A stretch of DNA of 61,511 nucleotides, counting the filler, from Chiloscyllium plagiosum (taxonomy: Eukaryota), in assembly GCF_004010195.1 (NCBI RefSeq). It is 5 parts of one record of this genome, joined end to end, with 100 filler letters (N's around TTAATTAATTAA, not from the genome) between each part and the next. Parts side by side here need not be neighbours in the genome. Positions count along the whole stretch, not along the records: positions 21,609 to 39,118 come from NC_057710.1; 4 more parts are not named here. One strand, written 5' to 3'. A model generated the notes under the pieces. It worked only from the letters and a program-made list of their open reading frames with translations, did no database searches and was not told where the DNA came from. Positions within the stretch are counted from its first letter, which is position 1. Every line of letters starts with the position of its first letter. Shown here in pieces: positions 23,810-37,415 of this stretch. The translations under genes were made by a program, and so were the position numbers.

Positions 23810-24320
23810 ACTGACCTTGACATCAAGTCCACATTTGATCAAGTATAACATCAATGGACCCTAGCAAAACTGGAACCAATGGCCAAAATTTGCCAAAATT
23901 TCTCCTGTTTAGAGTTATATCTAGAACGAAGGAAGACAATTGTCATTATTGAAGGCCAATTATTTCAATCATGGGTCATTGCTGCAGGAGTTCCTCAGGC
24001 TGGTGTCTCATGCCCAACCATTTTCAGCTGTTTCATTAATGACCTTCCAACCATCAAAAAGTCAGGAGTGGGAATGTTGCAAAATGCTTGGTTGCATTTC
24101 AACCACTCAAATGTTGAAGCAACATATGTCTATATGCAACAAGACATGGATAACATTCAGGCTTGACCTGCTAAATAGCAAATAACAATCATGTCACACA
24201 AGTGTCAGGCAATGACCACTCTAAATAAGAGAAAATCTAGCCCTCACCCCATGACCTTCAAAAGCACTGTCATCCTTCAACTCACATTATCAACATTCTG
24301 GTGATTACCATTAACCAGAG
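23810..24320 (+). mobile_element. CR1/L2-group LINE RT fragment
   Basis: ORF 23879-24166 contains IAAGVPQAGVSCPTIFSCFINDLPTI. Confidence 0.85.
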
Positions 24321-24329
24321 GACAAATCA

Positions 24330-25400
24330 TCCTACTTGACTAGCATCTCATGCATTACCTTAAACATTTGCTACCTCTAGCACAGACACAAAACAGCTTC
24401 ACAAATGTGACTTTGATGATGTTGAATGTGTTAAGTAGAAATCAAAACAAAAATAATTGCAGGTTGTTTCTGTAGTTAATTACATCAAAAAGCATTCAAG
24501 AAAGACAGAAAGCTGTCAGAGCTGCTAGAGTTGGCAAAATCACAAACACTTCAGAGCTACTGAAATTGAGGCTGCCAACAGCAACTACTGCACTTCAAAT
24601 TCAACTCCTGGTAACATTGTTCATTATTAATATGCCAGGAAACCACCTGCAAAGCTAGAATAGCAGTCTCAGAGTTGTGGTTTGTCCAAATACTGTTTTC
24701 ATTGTGGCAATTCTTACCCATTCCAGATAGTATGTTCTGCTACTGGCAAACAGTTCAAAACTTGTGGAAAACTCAACATTTTTACTTGCATTCATTACTC
24801 ATCGGCAAAAAGAGACATCTCAGCTCAGACAATGCAAGAAAGGTGTGAAGTTCGAGTCTGCCTGTATCCTAATCTTGAATCAGACTGGTTCTATTTCCAA
24901 AGTAGGATTGACTGCCTAAGGTAAGACTTTGCAATTGTGCATGACAGCTTTGGAGTCACAAAATCATAAAGTCGTGATTGGGAGAGCACCGACAAACAAA
25001 ATCTCTTGAAATAAGCTCACCAGAATAACCACATTTGATCCTGTGTTAAGCAACTGTTTTGATATTCTGCAATTATTAAGACAATATGCTGTGGACACTG
25101 TTTATGAAAGTCATCAGGGAACTGTCAAAATCAAAACTCCTTAGGGAAAAGTAAAGGTTGCCAGGAACATTGACTGCATGACAGTGCATAAAATCAGTGT
25201 TTGCCACGTCAAGCAACTATAATGTCAAATTTTCGTGATCCTCTTAATACATTGGAACTAACTCCTAGATTGACAGTTTTTCACTGGTGAGAAGTACACA
25301 TGGGGTTAACAGATAACAGTGATATTGAGCTTGATTGTAATTCTGCTATTCACAGTTGCTCAGAATTTGCAAAATATCTGATTTTAATAAATAACACCAG
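24330..25400 (+). mobile_element. Internally deleted Gypsy relic (gag zinc knuckles joined to integrase zinc-binding region)
   Basis: CFHCGNSYPFQIVCSATGKQFKTCGKLNIFTCI (gag knuckle pair). LRQYAVDTVYESHQGTVKIK at ~25075-25135. Confidence 0.7.
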
Positions 25401-27344
25401 ACTTCCATTTTGTTAAACCAAACTGTGAATTTCACTAAGCAATTCTTTCATGAATCAGAACATTATAAAAAGTTGGACATTAAATTAAACATTACTTTAT
25501 GTATTTCAATAGGTAATATGACTTCATAAGATAATGTAATCTTCTCTTATCCTATGACTTCTTATTCAGTCCTTGCCTGTTCTCAATTCATATTTCATTT
25601 ATAAGTCTCTCAGCATGACATTTTCTTGTCCTGTTTGGCCCCATTCTGATAGAATATTTCAGAGATATCACATGTGGTATTCTTTTACACCGAGGCTCCT
25701 TGACTTGTTATTTTCCTTAAAATATTCATGCAGAAGGACTTGCAAATGAAATCTATTTTCTGTGCAAAAAAACTTGTAATTACAAATTAGACTTCATTGT
25801 GGATTCAGAAGGGCACAGAATTGCTAAACAGTGCAAATGAGTTTGTTAGACATATTTCTGTGCTAAAGCAGCAGTGTCCCTTAATTATTAGTATTACTCC
25901 CTAACGGAACTAACTTCCTTAAAAAAGTTATACAAGAGAAACAAGTCTCTGAAAAGTAATAATGTGCTCGAAAGAAGTACAGACATAAGTCCTTTAAAAG
26001 TTCGAATATACCACTAACTGAAATGAATGGATCTTACAACCACACCCCATTGCACCCTACTATGTGGCTGAGCTGGTGTTTCTGGTTCACAATTTGTAAA
26101 CAATAATTGATGAATAATACCCATATTTGAGAATTCTGTGTAGAGTTAAAACTGTCAACACAAATTCATTGCCAAGAATGCTATTTATCGTTTGACAGTA
26201 AGTTGGCATTAAGTACAGGAAAAGGATGCACTCCCTTTCCCTTCAATTTCCCTAATCACAGCCAAGGAATCTGTAGCCTACTGCAATTGGCTTCAGTAAA
26301 TAAGTTGGTGACTTTGAGTTCACATTTGTCCTCCTCCAAATTGCTATTTAATGATCAGTGCTATAAATGTGATTGCACTAATTTAAGACAGGTGTAAAAT
26401 TCTGACAGCCAAATAGTTTCTCAACATTTACTGTCAAATTTTTCGAAAGAGGAACTGCCATTTGGGCATTCAGTAGCTGGGTGTTCAAACCTCAAGGAGC
26501 TGAGCGGGAAAGCAAAGAAGAAAATAGATGAGAAGCAAATAAAAACGAGCCCCTTGCTTCAATGCAGATTGCTCTGTGAGGCCATACATGATAGAATGTA
26601 AAGTAATGAAAGCCAAAAGCACTGTGCTAAGTGAGGTACCAGTAGTTTTTATTTCAGCCATGTTCTCCCACATAATTGCAGCTTCCTAAATGATCAAATG
26701 GATGCCCCTCCAGCACTGAGCACAGATCTAAAAACCCCCGGAAGTAATTGAATTAATTATTGGATCTCAGTTTTTTTTTAAATTTGTCCATGGGATATGC
26801 ATGTCACTGGCTAGGCCAAGATTTATTATTCACTTCTAATTGACCTTGGAAGGATAGTGGTGAGCTATTTTATAGAATGCTTTGGTCCTCAGGGTGTAGG
26901 GACACCCACAGTACTGTTCGGAAGGGAGTTCCAAGATTTTGACATAGCAAAAGAATGTCAATATAGTTTCAAGTCAGGACAGTATATAATTTGGAAGGGA
27001 ACTTGCAGATGGCTGTGTTCCTATGCATCTGCTGTCCTTGTCCTCCTGGGTTGTAGACGTTGATGGTTTGAAATAACCTTAGATGTTACTGCAGTGCATC
27101 TTGTAGGTTGCACACACTGCTACCACTGTACATTGGTGAGGTGAAGGGAGTGAATGTTGAAGGTGGCAGATCAAGTGGACTGCATCTTTATGGATGGTGT
27201 TGAATATCTTGAATGTGTTGGAACTGCACTCATCCAGGTAATTGGAGGGCATTCCATCCCAATTTTGACTTTGCCTTGTAGAGGGCACAGACATTGTAGT
27301 GACTCTGACCTGTTCTTGTCGTCATCAATGGCAATGACTCGTTA

Positions 27345-27860
27345 ATGATTATGATTGTCCAATGAGAAATTCTAGGTCCTCGGTCTTGGTTCCTTCGTGG
27401 CTGCTGAATCCAATCCGAGAGCCACATCTCTGACCATACATTAGGTAAGTGTTGCCAGGAGTTGGAGTTGTTCTTGGCCTCGAGATCGTGAGCATTCCTT
27501 TTTCCAGTTCCTCGTCCATACCTCCTCTTGCCGATGGTGTTCTCAAAGAATTGTGTCCCTTCGTACAGGAGCTTCTTCCAACTCAATTTCTTCTAATCAT
27601 GTGTTGATACCTATGTTGCATTTCTTGAGTGAAGTCTTCAGGGAGTCTTCAAAATGCTTGCTTTGTCCTCCTCTCATTTCAAGTGCCTTCTTTGAGCTGT
27701 TTGGAGATTTGAAACTCAGATATCCAAAGCACACAGCTGGCCCAGCGGGGTTGTTTTCATATGATCATGCCATCAATGCATGTGTTGTTGGATGCTTCAA
27801 GGATGCTAACGTTAGTAAGCCTGTCCTCCTAGTTGATGTGGAAAATCTGTCTCAAATCTG
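27345..27860 (-). mobile_element. RTE-clade LINE 3' fragment
   Basis: Minus peptides resemble the RTE ORF end: DSLKTSLKKCNI and GQRCGSRIGFSSH. Confidence 0.75.
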
Positions 27861-28656
27861 TTCTTATAGCCACGATATTTATATGGCAGATCCACTTTAG
27901 TTTCTAATCAATGGTAACTCCCTAGGATGTTAATAGTGGGAGATTCAGCAATGATAATTGCTGATTTGGACATCAAGCCATAATGATTAAATTCCGTCTT
28001 GTTGAAGATAGTCATTGCCTGACATTTTTGTGGCGCAAATATAACTTGTTGCTTATCAGATTAAGTCAGGATGTGGTCCAGATCTTGCTGAGTATGGACA
28101 GGGGACTATTTCAGTACTTCAGGAATTGCAAAGTTACTGCATATTGTGTGATCATCAGTCAAAATTCCCATGTCTGACATCATGATCGATGGAAGGTCAT
28201 TGATGAAATAGCTGAAAATGGTTAAGCCTTGGACACGACCCTGAGGAACTCATCAATGAAGTCCTGGTATTGTAAAGATTGATATTCAATAATAACAACC
28301 ATCTTCTTTTTTGCAAAGTATGATTCCAATCTGTACAGAGTCTTATCCTTGATTCCCAATTTCAGTTTTGCTACCTTTTCTTGCTGCCATACTTGTTTAA
28401 ATGCTGTCTTGATGACAAGGACAGGTACTCTCACCTCACCTCTGAAATTCAACTCCGTTACCCATGATTAGACCAAGACCGTAATGAGGTCAGGAGCTGA
28501 GCGGCCCTGGTGGAACCCAAACTGAAAGCCAATGAGCTGGTGCTGCTTGATATCATAGTCGAGAATTCTTCCATCACTTTATTGATGATCCAGAGTAGAC
28601 TGACAGGGTAGTAATTGGCTGGATCACACTTGTTCTGCTTCCTATGGACAGGACAG

Positions 28657-28967
28657 GGGTGGCACGGTGGCACAGTGGTTAGCACTGCTGCCTCACAGCA
28701 CCAGGGACCCAGGTTCAATTCCTACCTTGGGTGACTGACTGTGTGGAGTTTGCACATTCTCCCGTGTCTCTGTGGGTGTCCTCAGGGCGCTCTGGTTTCC
28801 TCCCACAATCCAAAGATGTGCAGATTAGGTGAGTTGTTCATGCTAAATTGCCCATAGTCAGGGGTGAACATGGGGAACGGATCTGGGTTGGTTACTCTTC
28901 GGAAGGTCGGTATGGACTTGTTGGGCCAAAGGGCCTGTTTCCACACTGTAGGGAATCTATTCTAATC
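28657..28967 (+). mobile_element. HE1-type V-SINE with TSD CAGGACA
   Basis: Full head to tail; CAGGACA on both sides. Confidence 0.93.
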
Positions 28968-30429
28968 AGGACATATCTGAGCAATTTTCCACATTGCTAA
29001 ATAGATGACACTGTTGTAGCTATAACCACCTATAGTTGCTTTTTATACAAGGACTTTCATTAAAGTACAATGCTGTAATTTGTATTAGCAGAAACATTAG
29101 CAACTAAGCATTTGTGTTTCATTGTAAATCCAGATGGGGATAACTGCATTTATGATTAATAAATAAAAAAGATTACTAAATTCTGTCACTTGGTTTGTTT
29201 TTGATCTGGAATATACACTTTAATCTTCAAATATTTGTTCATAAAATAGTAAACCAAGAAAAATATGCCTTTTCTTTAATTGTGTGAACTTTACTTCTGT
29301 TAAAACAGTATGCAAATAGGTAAAAATGCTAAAATTCAGCATCATGGAATTACTTAATATCACAGTAATATTATATGGTATGGGATACTATTATCATGGC
29401 TAGCTCAATCAAATAATTTCAACCAAAGAAAGCAAGCTCATAACTTAAAAACTAGCTCCCAACACAGCACAAAGCAAATGATGTGCAAAAGCCAATCATA
29501 TCTCCAAGTGGAGTGCACTAGATGTTCTGCCGAGTCTTGTTGAATAAATCAGCATCCTTAGCAATCACTCTGATGTAGACAAAGCATCACTCAACATCTG
29601 GTCAAAAATCCAAAACTATGATTTTCAATAAAATTAAGACAGAATTCTAAATCTTGGTGAAAGAGGAAGACCAAAAAGATTGGAAGAGCTTGTTAAGCAG
29701 ATGTTTGGCCACAAAATGTAGACTTCAAATACATTCTGGATTTGTACATAACTGCCTTTTGAAACCATGCTAATGATCAACTTTCTGATAAATCATCTTT
29801 GATTTGGATTCATATTTACGTGATAATGTTCCACCTGATGTCTCTTCTTACATATAGGTTCTAACAAAATTTAAGATGCTAAGTATGACTTTCACTTCTT
29901 TTTCCTCTGCTGAAATTAGCCAACGTGGACAGATCAAGCATCTGTGACTTCTGGATCATCTTAGATCAAAAAGACACCAAGCTACAAGTTTATCAACTGA
30001 GTCCTCAATTAGATATTTCATTTTTCATGGACATGAAGAAAACTCATGACCATATGAAAGTATATGATGCTGTAGATCTGATAAATTACTTAAATGTTTG
30101 TAATACAACAGATTGAATGATTTTTACGCAGAGATTGATGAGGCAAAGTACAGATGCAATTTATCAATTGAGATCTTTAGATACAGAAACCTGGATTCTT
30201 CTCTTTTGCCTGAATACTGGCATTTTCCCAAGCAAGGTTTCCATTAGTTTCAATGTATATATCCATCACAGTGCTCAGCCTATTTCAAATTTTAAATGTC
30301 CAAGGGTAAGTTGTCAAAACAGGTTTTAAAATTTCAAATAGTTCCCTATGCACACTACAGTGAAACTAAAAGATAGGAATGTCATTATATTCCTGGGATA
30401 AGCACCTTTAAAGCACAATTGAAAATTGA

Positions 30430-30905
30430 GAGAGCTTTGCTCTCCTTATCTGAGGAAGAATGTCCTTGCTATTGAAGGAATTTAGCAAAGATTTAGCAGA
30501 GTGATTCCTGGCTTGCAGCACTGACATACGAGGAGAGATTGAATCAGCTGGGATTGTACTCACTAGTGTTGAGAAGAATGAGGAGGGATCTCATAGAAAC
30601 CTATATAATTCTAACAGGACAAGACAGGTTCAATGCAGGAAGTATGCTCGCGATGGGGAGGAGTCGAGAACTAGAGGCCACAGATTAAGGATAAGGGGTA
30701 AATCATTTAGGACTGACATGAGGAGAAATGTCTTTACCCAGTGAGTGGTGAGCATGGAGTTCATTAGCACAGAAAACAGTTGTTTTCAAGAAGGAGGCAG
30801 ATATAGCTCATGTAACCAAAGAGATCAAGGGTTTTGGGGGAGGACCGGATTAGAGTATTGAGCTTGGTGATCAGTCATCCTACACCTGCTCTTATTTTCT
30901 ATGTT
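30430..30905 (+). mobile_element. Decayed CR1 3' fragment
   Basis: RRMRRDLIETY and FRTDMRRNVFTQ-like translations. Confidence 0.8.
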
Positions 30906-32323
30906 TTTGTGTGTCAGGCAGCATCTGTCAATCATTTGTTCTGAATATACCATAGATAGCCTACACGGCTCAGTATTTCAGTAGAAACTCGTGGAAATGG
31001 GAGCTAGTAGAGCTGCCCTATACTGATCTCCCAGCTGCAGCTACCTGTCAAAGTCTTTCCGAAAGTATGTTAACAGTTTAGGAATAACGTAATTAAAATT
31101 ACAACTGGTGATATTAGCAAAGAAAGATTTGATAAGTCTTTTTAAAAATAATTTGATAGGTGTTTTTAAGGAAAAGGTTCTTGTCTGCTAAAAAAGCAGA
31201 CAAGAATATCCAATACATGTATTAAATATTCCTTCACCCTAATATCTGTGAAATTTCCAAGTGGCTTTTGTTGATGGGAACATTGCTTTACCATATGTAT
31301 TGTAAGTTTGACTTCTGATCTAATGAATTCAATGAAAAGTTGAATGGGTTCATGTGGATCTGGGATAAGAAGAGAGTCCGAACACAGCAGGCACTCTCTT
31401 TTTCAGGTATGTGTTGGTCACTCAACTGAAGTAGTACCTTCACCAAGTTGTTGCCATGCAGCTGTGGTGGAGCATGCGAACAGGTTGCTGAAGATGCAGT
31501 TCCATTCCTTGGATCAGTTTGGAGAGGTTGTGGTCTTCCCATGTTGTCTGAACACAATGCTCTGTATTATTCTGGCATGCTATGCTCTGTACAATTGGAG
31601 TAGGCAATGTGACAACATGAAAGATGCTGAGTAGCTAGGGGGGACCAGTAGCAGGTTTCAGAGGAGAAGGACAAAGACATTGAGGAGGAGGAGACTTTCC
31701 TGTGGACAACAGAGTTCAATTGCTACAAGCCAGACAAAATCTGAATGGCAGTTCCAGTTAATAAGAACTGGATGCAGAAGACTAATCAATGAAATGTCAA
31801 ATTGTTATTGGTCATAATGCAAGCATTTGGTTTGCAATGTCTGGACAAATTGCAGCCTGTACCTATTTTGCTTGTGATTGCTTTTGTAGGCTATGAGTAA
31901 AAGCTCCCCTTTGGAAATGGCTGATTGCTTGCATGTATGTAATATTTTCCTTCTGGACTCTGACAAGAGTGTGTGTCCAGTTGGCATTAGGGACAAAGTA
32001 GCAGTGACTTAAACAAGATGTTTACATGGAATGCAGGTAAGAACAGGTAAACTAGTTAATAGCAACTAGGGTTACTGAATGGAGTTATATATGCGAGGCA
32101 ATATCAGTCATGCGGACTATGAGCTGTGAACAGAGTGGTTTGAGGCCACTGTATCTTTGCTGGTGAGGGGTAATGTTGGATTACTAATGCTTGTTCAGAT
32201 AAACAGTGGTCTTTTAAAGATTAAAGGATTGCTGGTCTTTCTGTTGAGTAAGAAATGGAGTGGGAATGGTGCATAAGTAGATAGGTTACAATCAGGTGAG
32301 AGGGAAGCTTTTCACTGTGCCTC

Positions 32324-33642
32324 GGTACACATGACACTGAAGGAGGTGGCTCGAGAAATCATGGATGTGTTGGTGATTATTTTCCAGAGTTCGATAGATT
32401 CGGGATCAGTTCCTGCGGATTGGAGGGTGGCTAATGTTGTACCACTTTTTAAGAAAGGTGGGAGAGAGAAACAGGAAATTATAGACCAGTTAGTCCTACC
32501 TCAGTGGTGGGAAAGATGCTGGAGTCTATTATAAAGGATGAAATTACGACACATCTGGGTAGTAGTAACAGGATGGGTCAGAGTCAGCATGGATTTATGA
32601 AGGGGAAATCATGCTTGATTAATCTTCTGGAAAATGTTTTGAGGATGTAACTCTGAAGATGGACGAGAGAGATCCAGTAGATGTAGTGTACCTGGACTTT
32701 CAGAAAGCTTTTGATAAAGTCCCACATAGGAGGTTAGTGAGCAAAATTAGGGCGCATGGTATTGGGGGCAAAGTACTAACTTGGATTGAAAGTTGGTTGG
32801 ATGATAGGAAACAAAGAGTAGTGATAAACGACTCCATTTCGGAATGGCAGGNNNNNNNNNNNNNNNNNNNNNNNNNNNNNNNNNNNNNNNNNNNNNNNNN
32901 NNNNNNNNNNNNNNNNNNNNNNNNNNNNNNNNNNNNNNNNNNNNNNNNNNNNNNNNNNNNNNNNNNNNNNNNNNNNNNNNNNNNNNNNNNNNNNNNNNNN
33001 NNNNNNNNNNNNNNNNNNNNNNNNNNNNNNNNNNNNNNNNNNNNNNNNNNNNNNNNNNNNNNNNNNNNNNNNNNNNNNNNNNNNNNNNNNNNNNNNNNNN
33101 NNNNNNNNNNNNNNNNNNNNNNNNNNNNNNNNNNNNNNNNNNNNNNNNNNNNNNNNNNNNNNNNNNNNNNNNNNNNNNNNNNNNNNNNNNNNNNNNNNNN
33201 NNNNNNNNNNNNNNNNNNNNNNNNNNNNNNNNNNNNNNNNNNNNNNNNNNNNNNNNNNNGGATCTGATTGAGACATATTAGATTATTAAAGGATTGGACA
33301 CTCTGGAGGCAGGAAACATGTTTCCGCTGATGGGTGAGTGCTGAACCAGAGGACACAGCTTAAAAATACGGGGTAGACCATTTAGGACAGAGATGAGGAG
33401 AAACTTCCTCACCCAGAGAGTGGTGGCTGTGTGGAATGCTCTGCCCCAGAGGGCAGTGGAGGCCCAGTCTCTGGATTCATTTAAGCAAGAGTTGGATAGA
33501 GCTCTCAAGGATTGTGGAATCAAGGGTTATGAGGATAAGGCAGGAACAGGATACTGATTAAGGATGATCAGCCATGATCACATTGAATGGCGGTGCAGGC
33601 TCAAAGGGCAGAATGGCCTACTCCTGCACCTATTGTCTATTG
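32324..33642 (+). mobile_element. Young CR1 LINE ORF2 and 3' end, with internal gap 32852-33259
   Basis: VPADWRVANVVPLFKKG and VDVVYLDFQKAFDKVPHRRL; 3' tail CTATTGTCTATTG. Confidence 0.93.
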
Positions 33643-36087
33643 ACAATAAATTCAATTCAATTCAAGCCATAGGGGCTGTATAGGTAGTAAATCAATTAAC
33701 AGTCAATGTGTTTGGTAAGATACAGCAAGAAAACTCACTGAAAAAAGCAACCCTCCGAGAAAGTTGATGTCACTCGCTCCTAAACAAAAACACACAAGAT
33801 TCAGCCCATAATGTCAGATGGAGCTTTTTTGATGCTTGCAAATGGGATTGGAGAACTGCAAAAGTATTCACTTGTGCTTTAAAATAAAGAATCTCTTGGC
33901 AAGTATGTGCTGCTGGCAGGGCCATGTTTAGTACCTATCTCTAGTTGCTCGAAGATGGCAGTGGGTCTTCTAGAATCATTGCAATCTTTATGGTGATGGT
34001 ATTTCTACAATGTTGTTCCATAGGAAATTGCAGAATATTAACCCAGCAACTGATCAGGGAACCCATTTAAAAGGGATAGAAGAGCGCCAGAAAGAGCCCA
34101 AAATTAACTTGTTATGCATCAGTCTGACACAAGAGCTCCATGTAGTGGGTTGGTCAGAGAGACAGAGATCCATTATTGAGCTTGCCCCTTCTCACAGAGA
34201 AAATATCAGGTTTTCTGCTATATCCCAAGAACTACGAGCACTGCTCTCATGTTGGCCCCTGGATCAATACTATCAGTAGAAGGAGGCAGGGAAATGAGAC
34301 TGTTTGCTGTGTTAAACATACTGTGAGGAGTGAAGAGACAGCCATTGTATTTCCCCAGACTGTCTATGGCGTAGGGGTAACAGAATGATGAAAAGAAAAT
34401 CTAGCTCAGAACAAGCATACTATAAAATAATGCAATGGAAGAAATATTATAGGGGACCACTTTTGACATCAAGCCAAAATGGCTCTACTACTTATTTAAA
34501 ACCAATGCGGGGTGGTCCAAAGATCAGGCTCCAATTTCATCAACGTAATTCAGGCAACTTATCATACAGCAATGGAGTGCCCTGAATGACTTGAAGGTAG
34601 CGTTAAAGAGATGGTTCATTAAATGGAAAGCACTGGGTCATAGTGTCCACTTGGATTTTCTAAAATGGTTTTTTTTTTAAGTTTACACTTTGTCACTTCA
34701 CACTTGGTCCAAATGACTAAGAAGTGCACTTTGCATACACTGCCCATCTTTTTTCCCTGAAAATTGCAATTCTTTTCCTTCTGCAATTTGCATGTTTGGC
34801 AGCCTTTGCCTGTTTTGGGTTAGAATGCTGTGACCCATTTACAGAATATCTGGAAAGCCTTTTGGGTTCCTCTGGTTTTCCATTGCCAACTGCCTGCCTT
34901 TCAGGTAGAACTGGGCAATCCCATGGTGATCAGGTCCTTTGATGAAATGGAAAATGCACTGACTATAGTGTTCACTTTTTCTCAGAAACATATACCTCTG
35001 GTTAGTTAATTTTAAAGTTGAATAACCATTAATCAATTCTGATTCGGAATAAAACTATATCAGAGTTTTTATCTGATGAACTTTAGTTAAATTTTCTTAT
35101 TGCATTTTTGTGGTGATCTGAACTACCAGAGATGTATGCTCTAATAGCTTCTTAATGGTCAATCCAAAGACTCCATTACTTCTTATGTATGAAATATTTA
35201 AAAAATAAAAGGAATTTTAGCCCTTAACTCCCCAGAAATAATAAAATACTAAAAAGACTAAAAGAAGCAAATTTCTCAACAGAGATAAGGATAAATTACC
35301 AATAGAAGACAAAACAAAATAAATGTAAGGAAACAATGTAGAACAAATGTATTAAAACTATCATAGGCAAAACATTTCTTCACATTACATTTTAATTTTA
35401 GACTTCTCCAAAAATGTCCAAATACAACATTTCAAATATGTTAATGGAGAACACATTAATATCTCACACAGGTCTGACCTGTGTCTATAAAAAAGACCTG
35501 GAGATGTCTAGTATTCAACACTGACATGTTACAGAACAAGCAGTCAGCTGAAGTTGCCAAGCACCTGCTCTCGCTTCAGTATAGAGGTTTCTTGATGTCT
35601 CGATTGTTTTGTCTGTTTGTTAAAGTGGTGTGTTAGGCTATTTAACAATCAATAATCCCCTTAATTAGCAACTCACTACTGCTTAGTATAAAGTTTACCT
35701 CATGGTTGTTAGAAGCATACAAGATAGAGCAAAATGTTCACGACATCAAGATAGGCGTTGCTGGACCTCTTTCATGATTCTGCCACAAATCTTGCCATAG
35801 TCTATGTCGCTTTGACTCTTATTAGGTCTTGTGAATATATTATAGTCATTAACAATATTAATATAATCAATAAAACAAAAATGAATCATAAAATAATACA
35901 GGGAATTCACAATTATGAACTGTTTGGTGTACAAATAATTGCAATTTGTTGTAAAATGCAGGTCTCCCTAATTTAAAGAATACAATTGAAAGGGCAATGC
36001 ACTCTGCCTTTGGTATTAAAATGCACAGATCTTTTGTTGTCATGTTCTACAACACTACCCATGGCCCTACCTTTCACTGGCACATAG

Positions 36088-36475
36088 GAGGTTGAGAGGC
36101 AACCTTATAGAAGTGTATAAAATAATGAGGGGCACAGATAGAGTTAATGGCAGTGTCTTTTGCCTAGGATGGGAGATTTCAAAACTAGGGGGCACATTTT
36201 TAAAGTGACAGAAGAGAGATTTAAAAAAGACATATAGGGCAATTATTTTTTACAGAGAGGGTGGTTCACATGTGGAATGAACTTCCTGAGGAAGTGATGG
36301 ATGTGGGCACAATTACAATGTTTAGGAGACATTTGGAATAACACATGAATAGGAAAGGTTTGGAGGGATATGGGCTGGGAGCAGGCAGGTGGCACGAGTG
36401 TAGTTTGGGATTATGTTCACCATGGACTGATTGGACCAAAGGGTCTGTATCCATGCTGTATGACTCTGAGACTAA
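36088..36475 (+). mobile_element. CR1/HER1-type 3' fragment
   Basis: Homologous to 5725-6112. Confidence 0.88.
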
Positions 36476-36539
36476 GATTCTATATTGTGTTCTTTAAGTA
36501 CTCAATCATTTCAATGCTATATGGAGATTTTTTAAAGTC

Positions 36540-37415
36540 AAGGACTGGGCTGCCTTATAGCGGGCCCCACCACCAGAGATATATTTCCCTTCCCACCCTG
36601 TCCACTTTCCGTAAAGATCATTCCCTCCACGACTCTCTTATCAGGTCCATGTCCCCCATCCACAACCCACCTTCCCTTGCCACCGCAGGAATTGCACAAC
36701 CTGCACTCACACCACTCCTCCGTACTTACGTCCAAGGCCCCAAAGGAGCCTTCCACATCCATCAGAGTTTTATCTGCACTTCCCCACATATCAGTTACTG
36801 TATCCGTTTCTCCGGATGCAGTCTCCTCTACATCGGGGAGATAGTTCGCTTACTTTTGCAGAGTGCATCAGCGAACATCTCTCTGACACCCTCACTCACC
36901 AACCCCACTGCCCCATGGCTGAATACCTCAACTCCTCCCCCCACTCCACCCAGGACATGCAGGTCCTGGGTCTCCTCCATCACCACACCCTAACCACCAG
37001 ATGCCAGGAGGAAGAACACCTCATCTTCCATCTTGGGACACTCCAAACACATGGCATCAACGTGGACTTCACTAGTTTCCTCATTTCCCCTCTCCCCAAC
37101 TTATCCAAGTACCAGCCTTCCAACTCGGCACCGCCCTCATGACCTGTGCTACCTATCCATCTTCCTTCGCACCTATTTGCTCCATCCTTCTCTCCAACCT
37201 ATCATTATTACCCCCACCTTCATCTATCAATTACACTCTCAGATACTTTTCCCCCAACCCCACCCCNNNNNNNNCTCCAACCCCTCAGCACATAAGCCTC
37301 ATTTCTGATGGATCAAAAACATTGATTCTCCTGCTCCTTGGATGCTGCCTGACCTGCTGTGCTTTTCCAGCACCACACTCTGATCTCCATCATCTGTAGT
37401 CCCCATGTTCTCCTA
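36540..37415 (+). mobile_element. Penelope-like element 3' part (GIY-YIG), family A, decayed
   Basis: FICTSPHISYCIRFSGCSLLYIGE and EEEHLIFHLGTLQTHGINVDF; pseudo-LTR with a deleted hammerhead near 37305-37325. Confidence 0.85.

Larger units (their letters stand above)
26780..29025 (-). mobile_element. CR1/L2-group LINE, interrupted by an RTE fragment and a SINE
   Basis: Minus peptides DPANYYPVSLLWIINKVME and GEVRVPVLVIKTAFKQVW. The 3' UTR is homologous to 7830-8305. Confidence 0.8.

Noticed and set aside
31288..31557. 89-aa minus ORF with a possible acceptor
   Set aside because: No recognisable domain; the surroundings look like degraded repeat.
32659..33356. Long ORFs across 32.7-33.3 kb
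   Set aside because: Their length comes from N-runs inside a CR1 copy.
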